A stretch of DNA of 63,994 bases, the filler included, from Basidiobolus ranarum (Eukaryota): assembly GCA_040143965.1 (NCBI GenBank). It is 8 parts of 8 records of this genome, joined end to end, with 100 filler letters (N's around TTAATTAATTAA, not from the genome) between each part and the next. Parts side by side here need not be neighbours in the genome. Positions count along the whole stretch, not along the records: positions 8,145 to 16,185 come from JASJQH010007905.1; positions 16,286 to 24,313 come from JASJQH010007906.1; positions 24,414 to 32,434 come from JASJQH010007907.1; 5 more parts are not named here. One strand, written 5' to 3'. The translations under genes were made by a program, and so were the position numbers. Shown here piece after piece: positions 12,381 to 24,899 of this stretch. Below the pieces are notes generated by a model, which was given only the letters and a program-made list of their open reading frames with translations, had not been told where the DNA came from and did not search any database. Within the stretch, counting starts at the first letter, position 1, and the number at the start of each line of letters is the position of its first letter.

Positions 12381-13942
12381 ATGATTGATCAAACTCACGA
12401 ATTATTCATTAGCAATTGTCATCCTCATTAACCTCATAGAGATCTATAAAATAAATCAGCCAAATTCAATCTTATATCTAGTATATATGCAGCTGAATTC
12501 ATTAACTGCATTCGTATTGAGCATTTATTCAAAGAATCAATTGGATTATATTGATGATTATCATGATTGACATTGGTTTATTGAATTTCATATAAATTAC
12601 ATGAGATAGCATTATTGTCTTTACTCTTTATTTGAATGCTACTTAACCATGATTTATTTCTCTCACGTTAGAAAGTCACGCTTATCATTAAGAGGTATCA
12701 GTGAAAAGAAGTCTAGAACATACAATTTAGTGAATGATCTTTACGGAAGACAAACAAGCATTGAAGTTAGAGATTTGGAATATTGTCGAATATGAAAAGG
12801 TGGTTTCAAATGATAAAGGTAAATCTGAGCAAGCAAGAGAAGGGTACTTTCAAACTTCAAGTGAGGGTTATCCTACTGGTAGGGTATAGAGTTTCCATAC
12901 ACTCGTGAATTCGACTATCAACTATTTCATTTCATTGTAATAGACTGTCACGAGGGTATGCGGGACTAAGCCATCTACGTTCATAGTACTTTCCAACACT
13001 CCATCAAGTTGGATAGGAGTGGTCGGATAAATGAGGAGTCACTAATGCCCACTGATACTCTCGGTGATATCAGCGTTTAAGTCTAGTCACATATCAGTGG
13101 TTAATATTAGAGCCAAGTTAATGGGTCGGTAAAACTTCAAGCTTCAGATAGTGCACAATATGCTCAGATGAGTGACGATTCCAAATTGATATTACCATGA
13201 GATCTCACCCTAAGATGTCTGCATGATATTAAACTGGTTTTCTAGAGGCAGGAGTAGAAATTGAACTGATATCTGACATGCTTGTTATATAGCCTCTTCT
13301 TGGTTCAGAGATTAACCTATCATCTGACCGATTTATTTGGAGCAACCTTTCAATGATGCATTTTTAAATTCTTGTGCGCAAGGGGTCGGCAGAGGGAATA
13401 GAAGTATGCTTATTAACCTGATTGTAATGTTGGTTAATTCATATCATGTTTATTCAAACACTGATTCAGTTTATGATGCGATAAAATGGAACCAAGTGTA
13501 AGTATCATAAATCTGACTCGGGGTCAACCACTTACGCCAATCGCTAGATCTCCTCAATTTCCCTCAGGAATATATATAAACAGGGATACTTGAACACACA
13601 CTCAGTCGAATTTGGTAATTTAGCAATACATCCTTCCCCTGCTCCTGCGTTCATCAACCTAAAAGTTAGTTATAACACAACTGCTACGCTCGCAAGCATT
13701 ACATATAGAGTTTTCGTTAGTTTCATTCCCATTGTTCACGAAGAGTGCCCATTAATTAGCATTCTTTCTTTTGAAATCTATACCAGAAGTGAAAACCCTC
13801 GTTGGTTAGTTAGCTTTCCTGCGTCATCTATCCCTTAGGTGGTACGAGATAAATGTTAATGTTACATCAACCATTGATTTCGTTGACAAATCGGCACACC
13901 ACACATCAATGTGGACCTACGCTCAACGTCAACTACGAAAGA

Positions 13943-14649
13943 ATGAGTTCTCCAGATACGCCTAGATCTAGCACGGGGGTACTTCGACTCCGAAGACGTA
14001 AGAATCCATATCCAAAACGTAGTATCATATCCCCCGTATCCGCGGAGGAACGCTTGAAGCTTGGGATAATTAAACTAGATGCTATAGACAATATGTATCG
14101 AAATAACCCCAAGAGGCTGTTTGAATTGGGAACTATTCATATCGTGCATTCAATGAAACCACCAAGTTCAGAATATGAGCAACTTCGTAAACACATCTCC
14201 AATACACACAAATTACAATCAGATAAACTGAAGAAAATGTTAGATTCTACTTTGGAGGAGGAGGTGATAGTTACTCCGCCCATTAACGCACAAATTGCTG
14301 CGAAATGCAAAGTATATTGGAAAGGTAAATCCCCGGCCATATTCATGGTAAAAATTCATGTATTTACAAGATATTTTGATTGATAGGTGTACGGTTGGAT
14401 ATATCACGGCATCCACTCTATAACACACTATTACCAGAAGAAGCGGATGTTGCTTCGACATTAAGATTGAAACCAGACCAGTATCTCACCATCAAAAGAG
14501 TCATCTTACATGAATCCCGTATAAAAGTACAGTTCCGTAAAACGGATGCACAAAGGATGTGTAGAGTAGATGTTAATAAGACGGGGAAACTCTGGGATTG
14601 GTTCCATGATATTGGCTGGTTAGATAATGGCGCTCGGAAGGATGAATAA
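13943..14649 (+). CDS. SWIRM-domain protein (Fun19/YOR338W-like); exons 13943-14324 and 14387-14649
   Basis: A GT-AG intron at 14325-14386 joins VYWK|GVRLDISRHPLY..LLPEEA..ASTLRL...YL..KR...FRKTDAQRMCRVDVNKTGKLWDWF. Start codon uncertain. Confidence 0.85.
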
Positions 14650-14854
14650 TGAGACAGATGGAATCGGAATAAGAATACCAAAAAGGGAAGTAGTTTCGGA
14701 AAGACGGTTTCAATCACTTGGCACTAATAATCTGCTATTAAAATAGAAATGATTGTGTAAAATAAAGCACAAATTTATTGGGAAGAAAAAAAGTACAAGT
14801 TGTCATAATAAAATGAGTGTAAATATGTGAAATGATATGACCATGTTGTAGAGA

Positions 14855-16185
14855 TTAATTGCTTAATTTAAGTAACAAAAGCTCTCGCTCTTCGGTTGTT
14901 AGCGTATTGAATGTTTCGATGAATCCACTCAAAACTCCAGAACGGTCGGATTTTGCCAAGTCTACCACTTGTTTGGTAACGAATGCTTTTCTCAATTCTT
15001 TCAAATGTTCCGAGATGGTATCGGTGGATTGTGACAACCATGTGGACACTCCATCATCAGAAGCATTCCACTTCTCCGGTTCGCTCTGGGTATCTTGACA
15101 GAACCATTGTTGGAGATAAGCTTTACAATCTTCACGAGTGAGGTTTTCGTTCGTTGACTTCACTTCTGCTAACCAACGTTCTTCGTGAACACGTCTTAAT
15201 ACTCGCCAGTAGAAGTATTTACGAGAGTTCTTCCATTCCAAGATCTCTCGAATAGTTCCCTTGGCTTTCATACGACCTGGGGTATCATGTAAGTCGGCGA
15301 AGTGAACGGCGATCTGGGAATAAACGGGCAATAACTCTTTCTCGCGTTGATCCAATTGAAGGGACATCTCAGCTCTTTGTTCGGTGGCGAGGTCAGGGTT
15401 TTTCAATTGTTGCTTCAAGTTACGATAAGTGTCATCTAATCTTTCCATGGCAGCAAGAAGATGGGGTTTACGGAACTTAATCTCCACGATACCTTCGGGT
15501 TCCAATACACCGGCTCTAGCCTTGGAATCGGCGTACATTTCCATCATATCTGAGTTAATGGTGGGGTCCAGAACGACCCAAGCACCACCACGTAATTCAC
15601 CATTAGGTACGATGTAAACGAACGCTGGTTGTTTGTAGTTCGATAATGCATCTACAATATGCGATCCGAATTTAAGAACTTCATTGTACATGTCTCGTTG
15701 ACCACCGGAGAATCCACGCCAGTTGGCGAAGATGATCAATGGTAGCTGTTCTCCCTTGTTGAAGTCATTGATGGCTTGGGCGGTCTTGTAAGCCGAGTTA
15801 GGATACCAGACACCACCGGCCTCCACTAATATCTGCTCTTCCGAGCTGGCATTAGCTGGATCAGCAGGGATAACGTGTTCAACTGTACGAGTTTCTACGG
15901 CGATAACTCCCATAGGAATACCTCCAAGACGAGCGCGACCAGTTACAACAGTACGTGCCCAACCACCGAGAGTTTCAATGAACGAATCTTTATCAAAGAA
16001 TCCACTCAACCATTCTCCGTTGATGTCATCATTCTCATATTTTCCTTGAAGGAAATGTCTAGGATCCGATGGTCCCTTAGGTGGGGTATAGGTGACTTCA
16101 CGATCGATGGGATCTACGCTACGAGTAATGGGAAGCATACCCCCACGACGAGCAGGAACAAATGCTAACCAATCGATGATCTTGG
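14855..16185 (-). CDS. ACC1: Acetyl-CoA carboxylase, C-terminal carboxyltransferase part (5' truncated by contig end)
   Basis: GRARLGGIPMGVIAVETR, WYPNSAYKTAQAINDFN, ANWRGFSGGQRDM, ELRGGAWVV and HDTPGRM motifs. Confidence 0.97.
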
Positions 16186-16285
16186 NNNNNNNNNNNNNNN
16201 NNNNNNNNNNNNNNNNNNNNNNNNNNNNNTTAATTAATTAANNNNNNNNNNNNNNNNNNNNNNNNNNNNNNNNNNNNNNNNNNNN
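16186..16285. other. Artificial contig spacer
   Basis: N44-TTAATTAATTAA-N44. Confidence 0.98.
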
Positions 16286-19200
16286 ATTACCTACGGCGAA
16301 ACCCCACAACCAACTGCCCATATCGAAACAATGGGGGAATCTCCCATTCAATTTCACGTTGTTTTCAGGGCAATTGTGCATGGAATCGGAAGCTAAGAAG
16401 CAACAAGATAAATAAGAAGCGCACCTAACACAATTGCTCATGTCACTTACTGATATTGGTAGAAGAAGTGGTGAAACCACTGGAGAACATTACAATGCAA
16501 GCTACCAAGGTACAAAATAAGGCATATGGAGGATAGCTGCTATCCCTCGAGTCGTTGGCGTTACGTCTTTCCTCGGACATTATGGAGTAAAGCCACTGGT
16601 TGTAAGAATAGAGTTCCGAAGGGTTTGTTTTTCTAAAGGCTTAGAAAAAGCTGTATTTGTGTGACTGGAGGTGGATCGATCGGTTACTTTTAATTGTTTC
16701 TGATCCCGGTATTTGAATTCCCGAACGATCTAATTTGGATAAAAATGCAACCCGTCTCAGTAACTAATTGGGCTAGGAGATCGAAATCGGGCCTGTCTCT
16801 ATATTCTTAGCTCTATTTGGATGTTTCCTCTGGCCCATATAGAGCACATCTATCTCATTATGCAAGGTACAGCTCCTATTTCAGTTCTGCCCAGTGTGGC
16901 TTTAGTTTCAAGAAACCACAGAAGTATTTTATTATACTTCTTGAGTCCGAAAGTGAAACATTTCCTTCAATAGGAGTCCAAGCGTCTGGTATGATCTCTA
17001 GTAATTTCATACCCCTCTTTTCCATGGAGACTAGGGTGGCAGTAAGGTCACGGATTGGCTTGACCTGCCCGATCCACTTAAAACTAAGGATTCATATATA
17101 GTACCCTGTAGGCTATATGATTAGGCTCCATCACCATTGGCCAGCCAGGACCTAAGGACAACAAGATGAAACACCACAGTCATATTGGGTTATGTCAACT
17201 GATTAGGATAGACAGTTGTATAAGTCAAAATACACCGCGTTTCAATTTTCGCCTCAATATTCAAGAGTTGTCGAAACAAAACTTGCTTCGTGTTAATAAG
17301 AATATCAATGAATTAGTTCAATTATTGATTTTACTATCTTCGGTGCTTGAGTAGCCCGAAGGCTGCGCACGCTCAGCTCGCGTCTGTCTGCACATCTCAT
17401 GTTGTCTACCATCGAGAATGACAACACCGAGAACCTCTCCGAGACTAACTCCATCTTGGGGAGCTGTTTGGATATCAACTGGCTCCTGTCACCTAAAGCT
17501 GGCACTTGTGACCTGGTACAGGACCGCCGTTGGATTTGATACAGTCGTATTTGTTCATTATGCTTCTGTTAAGGGTGGTGCACTATGAATCGCTAACACT
17601 CGATTTATACTTTCTTGATGAGAGATTCTCGGTAAATGAAGACATAAATGGAAATAGGAACACCAACTAGCATCATAAAGTCAAGTTTATATCAAGTATT
17701 TTGTTGCATTTAAAGTTTCACAAATCAGATCATTACCTTATCTGATCTTTTCTTTGTTCGCCTTCACTAAATTCCCGTTTTTAATGCATTTTCTGCTCAC
17801 TTTCATCCCCAAGAAATCGTATACATGCAATGCCCAGAGTCTATTGCCCAAATCTGGATGAACGCGCATTTCCTATCTATGGAGAGACAAATATTTGGGG
17901 TCTTTAGTTCTAGCCCCAAAGGCAATTAATACTGGTTCGATTGAGGTTGCTACGGGTCCGAAGCGTAAACCTACATATCTCGAATATATGCAGCAGATTA
18001 AGTGTTTCCCTACATATCTGGAAGACATTGTTGCCAGCATAGTCTTAGTAGATCACTAGATAATTTGACTACTCAATGGCTCTAGTATTTGAGCAAATTT
18101 TGGAAATATTGGCAAAAGAGTGCATTCATATATAAACTATCATACCTACTTTTGTATGGATTTATTGAGGACTAAAGAAGTAGACATTATTCAGAGCTGC
18201 TGAATGGTACATTAATCCTTCTTAGGGTTATCTTCTCTCACAGTTCTATTACTACAAACTTCTAAGTTGGCGTCAATATTCAAAGTAAGTTCTGACTGAG
18301 AATAGTGATATGCCATTTCGCTTTGTCATATTGAAAATGAGTACTAGCTCATTATTTTTGTATTGATTCTCTTTTATATTCATCAAATTGGGATCACCTC
18401 ATCTTCCTAGTTGACGAGTTGATTCTTGTACTCGCAGCTTTATTCGTCACACTACCCAGGCCAATGGTAGACCCAAAGCGTACAGATGTGGTATTGCTTA
18501 TCTTGGCTACATTAGTACAGCCCTTCCCCATTATTGGAGTATGACTACAGTAATTCTTACAGATCCTATTTCATAAAAGCTTTTATTGTAAGAGAGATAC
18601 CTCTCAGGTCATGATGTATATGATGATGTAAGAGAGGTACCTCATATTAAGTTTCAAAACTTGCAATGCTATGTTACCTCACATGTTTTGGCAAAGCAAA
18701 GAACATCTACTCTTGAGGTACAATGGTCAGCTATAACCAAAAAAAAGAGCTTGTACCAGAACTTGTACCTATGCAACATATGAAAACACTCAGCCTTTGC
18801 TCATGTAATATTTCATATATGTTTTCCCTCCATAGTGAAATTTATCATTCTATTATCTATATATCCAGCTACAGAATACAATCCTACATTTGGTTTTGGG
18901 ATTTCTTTAGGATACAAAAGTTACCCATTTAATCTAGAAATGAATTATACATCCTAAGCTATTACTCAGGACTTTGGAATCGCTTATAAGTCCATGTGAA
19001 CGAGTCACCTGTTGGCAGGAGATGGTAGTTTCTTAATGAACTAACATGACTGCCATATCAATAGTCTGATGCCAAATTTGAATATGAGCTATAACATGCG
19101 ATACAAAAGGATACTATACTACTGTAAAAGTAAAGACTCAACATCAGGGTAATTAGACAAGTGGCATAATTCGTGAGAATTGAAAATGACATAACCTAGT

Positions 19201-20739
19201 ATCGAACCTAGAACCTTTGCGACCTCAAAAATCTAATCACTGGATTATTATTAGTGGACATGGCTTCAATCAAATAGCGAAATATTGGTTCAGCATGGTG
19301 TATTATTATATATTGAATATAATAAAAAATTTCTTATTTAAGTAGTTGATGTTGACAAAAAATCAATTATTTAGTTCAAGTTCCTTTATAATCTTCATTT
19401 GCCAGAACATTAGGCTTCAAGTAGGAAGCTAAATACTACCTGCCAATCACAGCACTTTAGGCTAGTATTACATCATCAATTTCCATCGATTTTCGATTGA
19501 ATCGTGAAGAAATGGCTAATGATTTCCATTGATAACAGACTACTATAGAAAGCTTGAGCAATCGGAAGTTCAGTTGCCCACTAGAGGATGTAATTAGGAG
19601 GATATAGAAGAATGACAACACAAGTATCTATATAATACTAATCGCAACAGAACCTAATTGGGCTTAATGAATGCAACCCAGCACAAGTCACCAGCAGTCC
19701 GTCTCAGAATCTGTTGTCTAATTTAGGGTGGACAAATAGTTGTGTAATATCAATAACTACCATTTAGTTTAACTAGATAGGTGATTGCATAGCCTGCAAA
19801 GATGAGAAAAATGCTTGAACTCCTCTTCTAAAAAGTAATAGAAGGCTGGTTATTTGGTGAAGATATGAACAGTGAAAGAACAGGATAGAATGAAGAAGTC
19901 ATTTATCAACTAGCATATATTCACATTCAAATAGCACTCATATGCAATGGATAAGACTTAGGTGTCAACCTTCGCAAATCACTGACAGTGATATTTATGA
20001 ATGTACTGGATGATGAACGGAATCAGTGAAAACTAAGACAGAATTACGTGTGAGCAGTCACTGAAACCATTGCCGTTCCAAATTTAAATTTTGTTCCATG
20101 AGTAGAAGCTCGTATGAAAAACAGTAGTTCTGTAGAATGTTTAGTTGATGATTTTACAAAATAGAGCTAGAGCATTTAGGATGCGTCATAAACTCTATTC
20201 GAATATTACTATAGAATTGATAGAAATAGGTTCATTATTTGAAAGATTGCACATGTACAGCAAAATGTAAGTGGCAACTGGGCTCAAGGCAATATAGAAG
20301 GTGCTTACATGAAGTTAGGTACCAGATATCAAAGCAACAACTATCTAACATAGAAGTATGTAACCTGCCTCTGTATACAGAATAGACTGACTATATTAGG
20401 GTTATATATGTTGAAAATATAGTTAGCTACCTCAATTTCACCAAGTTATTACTCAACATTTTCACTCGCAATTTACAATGTTTTTGCCCACTTGAAAGTT
20501 CTTTGATTATATGATTGTCTCAAACTTGTTGAAGAGACCCCAAACTTGGTACTCATATTTCTGGGATCTTCCTGAACATATTCTACATGTCGGTTTGCCT
20601 ACCTCTTGATGAAGATATATATAAATGTCAATTTACACTCAACTGATTAGGGATAGGGTTAACCCTAATTCTTCCAGCTCTCCTAACCAGTTCCAACAAA
20701 CTCCCAAAATACTTCAACAAAGTTAATAGAGATTAATTA

Positions 20740-21175
20740 TCACAGAGGCTTCTCTGGTGCCGGTGGATAAACAGGTGGCTTTATGGTTTAGTGGATTTTC
20801 AAGGCTTACCAGGCTTGATGGGGGGTGAGTGGTTGAACTAGGGGTTTATTGTGCATGTTGTTTACCTAATCATCACCTCTCTGTCCATGTCTCTTGCTAT
20901 TTTTCTTACCATGACTACCTAGCAATTCTTGCTGCAGCTACTGCCTTGGTGCTTACCATCACGGAGGAAGTTCTTACATGAGGCAACAACTTAGTGAGGT
21001 CGTATTAAGACAAAACTTAGCGTTGGTATTGATGCCGAAAACTGCGAGTCTTACAATCAAACCATCACAGACTGGGCTCGTATGTTTCGCAGTAACAGAT
21101 GAGGCATTCCAGAAGGCTGGTTTTTGGGTCATTACGAGAACAGCTGGCTAAAATAGTAAGGTGCTTGAGAAGAGC
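20740..21175 (-). pseudogene. Decayed paralog of the Pro/Cys-rich protein at 23799-24313
   Basis: Minus strand gives a hydrophobic leader-like segment, then CDGLIVRLAVFGINTNAKFCL (cf. CKAIIAKIRTVCGTDIDINFCL) and PLVQPLTPIKPGKP*KSTKP/KPPVYPP, with stops and frameshifts. Confidence 0.65.
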
Positions 21176-21711
21176 TTCTTGATTTAGGTCAATGAGCAGG
21201 AGGTATTTGGAATTAGTATGTGCAACCATACACAGATACTAATTCAGACACTCGGAGAAATATTGGAAAAATTTCCACTTTTGACTCAACAACTGGTTCA
21301 AACATTATAGGAGATATCCCATACATGAATATTTGTTGTTCCAGGTAATCGGCTCACATATTATAGTGCGTATCACGCTACAAACCCAACGTAAAAACTT
21401 GTAATCAACTTTTTCAGTGTTTCAAAATGATACTGTTGGGTGTAGTAATTAATTCTTGTGTGAATCTCAATGCAAATACGCATGTTAGAATAGACGAGGA
21501 GAGAATATATGGAAACAAAGTAAATTCATGGTACTTTTGACTTCAAGGTCACTGATGTAGATATTACTACGCTAACTTAAGCCTGAAAGAGCGTCGGTAA
21601 GAAATGTTAAGCATAGATCTTAGAAACACTCTACACTGTCAATGTAAGCAATGTACAATCAAATCTTTATTTAGTTAAACCAATCAATCTGGTGACCAGT
21701 CTGGTGATCAA

Positions 21712-22881
21712 TCACTTGTCAATTGGCTCTGGATCAAACGAGTGACTCCAATCATCTGGAGTCTTAACAAGGTTTGTGACTTTCCAGCAGCCACGTCTCC
21801 ATATTTCCTCATCCTCAGGATAGGTTTCAGCAAGCCTTTTCATTGCTCGAACACTTTTTATTGCATGACCATGGATATCTTCATCGTTTATCGCGGCTGT
21901 GGAAATTTGTTCCCAGGCTTGTGTTTTATCTTTAGACAAATCATCAATGGGATATTGCTGTATGTTCTCCCATGTAGGCTTGGGCCTTCCCTCTACAACA
22001 AACATCTGCAACGCAGTTAGCCACACCAAACGCAAGGCCCTAATTTGATCATTCTTAGTTAACTTGGGTAGTATGACTCGGACACCATGAAAGGAAGTCA
22101 AGACATGACACAGGAGGAATCTAAGTCGCAGGTTAGATGCGTGACCGAGGAATAGTAGAGTAATCGCCCTAGAAAGCTCATGTATTTTCCCAGAGTAGTC
22201 ATCATTTGGAAAGTTGGGGTCCCCCGCCGCGAAATATTCTTGTGTATACTCGATGTGCTTCGCATCTGTGGCACGCGTAGAGGGTGGTTCGGCAGCAGGC
22301 CCACTCTGAATGTCCTCGTAGCGTGTATCTTTACTAATTTCGTCTAGAATCTTCTCTGGATCCTTGGATGTAGGTCCAGGTAGAACTTTATCAATTAATT
22401 CCCCATGAAAATCATAAGCCAACGTAGCAAATGCGAGAGCTTCAGCAAGGATCAGTTTGTTATTAAATTCTGCGGCATAGCCAAGGTGAATCAATGGATG
22501 AGCTAGATGACCACCAAGACCAGGTAATAGTGTTGGTACGTACTTCTGGAAGGTCTTGTCGAAGTCCAATTTGGAAATTTCCCTTTCAAAGAAATCCATC
22601 AAGTCGCGATATGCATCGTTTTTGCCTATATAATCTTTGTAATTATGCTCGTTGATATCGTACTTTGACTCTGGTAGCTTCCAGAGAAATTTGGTAGCCA
22701 GCTTTTGGTATAGCTCGTGCATACGGTCCTGAGAAGCCCCCAAGTCGTAAAGACTGCCTAAGAGGTGAACGCCATGATTGTGATAGTCATGTTCCATAAA
22801 AAGACCATACTCCCGGTGATTTTTGGCAATCAGCTCTTCAAATGCTTTCCTATTACTTTCGGATTTAGGTGTAGAATTCAT
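21712..22881 (-). CDS. Questin oxidase-like / DUF4243 (AflY/HypA family) oxidoreductase
   Basis: YHNHGVHLLGSLYDLGA, GHLAHPLIHLGYAAE, FLLCHVLTS and HGHAIKSVRA motifs. ATG at 22881 with TATA at ~22917. Confidence 0.85.
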   Translation of the reverse strand: MNSTPKSESNRKAFEELIAKNHREYGLFMEHDYHNHGVHLLGSLYDLGASQDRMHELYQKLATKFLWKLPESKYDINEHNYKDYIGKNDAYRDLMDFFEREISKLDFDKTFQKYVPTLLPGLGGHLAHPLIHLGYAAEFNNKLILAEALAFATLAYDFHGELIDKVLPGPTSKDPEKILDEISKDTRYEDIQSGPAAEPPSTRATDAKHIEYTQEYFAAGDPNFPNDDYSGKIHELSRAITLLFLGHASNLRLRFLLCHVLTSFHGVRVILPKLTKNDQIRALRLVWLTALQMFVVEGRPKPTWENIQQYPIDDLSKDKTQAWEQISTAAINDEDIHGHAIKSVRAMKRLAETYPEDEEIWRRGCWKVTNLVKTPDDWSHSFDPEPIDK

Positions 22882-23798
22882 TTTGATGCTTCCATACCCC
22901 ACAGTATACTGGGTGCTATATATAGGCACCGGACATTGTTAACGTCATCGATTTAACTTCAGAGCATTTGACATATTTATACGTCACAAGCACGGTGATG
23001 ATTGGCCACTATCTAAAACTAAATCAACAATCATTACCTATATTACTAAGCTGTCCATTGATGGACCCCAAGGAGAGTCTAAAGACTAGCAGATCAAAAA
23101 GTCCAGTGTCGTTAAAGATGGGTTGGTATTCACAGCTACATCCACGCATCAAACAAAAGCAAAATCAAATACTATTGATGGGATATATATTAGTATACTA
23201 TACTGGGGATGCTGATGTAACCGAAGTAGCTGAGAATGTTATGGAGGCAATGAAAACTAGATATATGGGGAAAGTCTGAATTCCCATTGGATATAGTCAT
23301 CTCACTTGGTCATTGTTAAGTAAGCTACAAATAATTTACCATATATTGTCTCACTCTCCGCTCTATTCTTCAACCAATGGATTATCTGTAACTATGAAAC
23401 TCTGATCCAACTATTACGCAGACCAATACCGATGATGATGGTAGATTCATGATCAGATATTGATCATTTTTTGATCGAAACATATACATATTCTTTGGTT
23501 ATATCGTAATTTTAGTATTTAGCTGATCTGAAAGGCTGCTGGTCACATCTAAATCACTCGCTGGCAGATTCTCCATATAAATGTTCTTCAATTTGCAACT
23601 GACTCCATGGGACCGCTATTAACGATGCAACTCCAATTCCTTCACATATTTAGGCATATTCATTAAAGGTAAAAGTAGATCTTATCACAGAATTTATTTT
23701 GTATATTTTAAACAACTCAATGATTTAACTTCACAAACACAATTATGCAGAATGACTAAATTAATAAGAGTTCATGTTATTAGATCGGTTAATACAGG

Positions 23799-24313
23799 TT
23801 AGACATTGGATATACTTTTATGGTCGTAACCGTGATTATATCTACCATTGTAATGAGGATGTCTACGGTCGTTAAAGCCAATACGGACTCTACCATCTAA
23901 CAGATTACACACTCCAGGGTTAACTCTAACACCGGCAAGTTGAGCAGCACCAACAATCACGCGACATTTAAGTCGCTCAAGACGAAGCAAATCAATATCG
24001 ATGCTCAGGTTGAGACAGAAATTGATATCAATATCGGTACCACATACTGTGCGGATTTTGGCAATGATTGCTTTACAAGATTTTGGACTGCAAGGCTTTC
24101 CAGAAGTGGGTGGGCGGATGGTAGATACAGGTGGGTATACTGGTGGCTTGGGAGGTTTGCATGTCTTGCATGGAGGCTTCTCGTATGTTGGTGGCTTGAC
24201 TGGAGGCTTGGGAGGTTTACATGACTTACAAGGAGGCTTCTCATATGTTGGTGGTTGCACGGGTGGTTTAGATGGCTTTGTGGGCTTGCAAGGCTTTCCT
24301 GGTTTGGTGGGAG
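23799..24313 (-). CDS. Proline/cysteine-repeat protein with a C-terminal Cys-containing domain (5' truncated)
   Basis: Frame is open from the contig end. 60-bp/20-aa repeats KPPCKxCKPPKPPVxPPTYE are followed by a hydrophobic Cys domain. Confidence 0.75.
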
Positions 24314-24413
24314 NNNNNNNNNNNNNNNNNNNNNNNNNNNNNNNNNNNNNNNNNNNNTTAATTAATTAANNNNNNNNNNNNNNNNNNNNNNNNNNNNNNN
24401 NNNNNNNNNNNNN
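24314..24413. other. Artificial contig spacer
   Basis: N44-TTAATTAATTAA-N44. Confidence 0.98.
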
Positions 24414-24569
24414 GAAAAAGGTATTATATGACCTTTATTGATGATAAGACAGAGTATACTTGGGTGCACTTTCTGGCCAGTAAGGATGAAGCCTTTGAAA
24501 CCTGCAAGAAATTCAAAGCAATGGTGGAGACTGAAACAGGTCTAAATAGTGCAATTATCCATATGGATA
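24414..24569 (+). mobile_element. Ty1/copia integrase core fragment
   Basis: Translates KRYYMTFIDDKTEYTWVHFLASKDEAFETCKKFKAMVETETGLNSAIIHMD and breaks where 'DNGGE' is expected. Confidence 0.88.
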
Positions 24570-24899
24570 CCCTAACAAAAATAAAATTGATTTGATCCGG
24601 ATTGGATCCACACTCCAAAATAGCAAAACTGTCAGACAACCATCACAATATTGGTGGCTTGCATTCTGCGAGGGATTTTGATGGCGTAACGGCAGTTTCT
24701 TGATGGTATTTTGACAATATTCTCACAAGTTAAATTAATGATTCTCAAGTTTTGAATTATTGATCCTCAAGTTTGGCACGCATTATTAAATATCCAGTAA
24801 ATTTTGCAAAAATTTAACTTAGAATGGCAAATTACTGGGTTTACTGCTATAGGAAGTTGAATTGATATGCATGCCTTTATTTAGATATTTTAGGCTTTG

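Noticed and set aside
19185..19260. Minus-strand GGTTCGAT B-box/T-loop-like motif
   Set aside because: I could not fold a cloverleaf or find a convincing A box. At most a decayed tRNA/SINE remnant; tRNAscan-SE would decide.
16286..20300. Possible decayed gene or transposon fragments in contig 3
   Set aside because: Short ORFs with no motif I can assign; needs tBLASTx or RepeatMasker.
23940..24369. Gly-rich plus-strand ORFs
   Set aside because: Antisense reading of the Pro-rich repeats.
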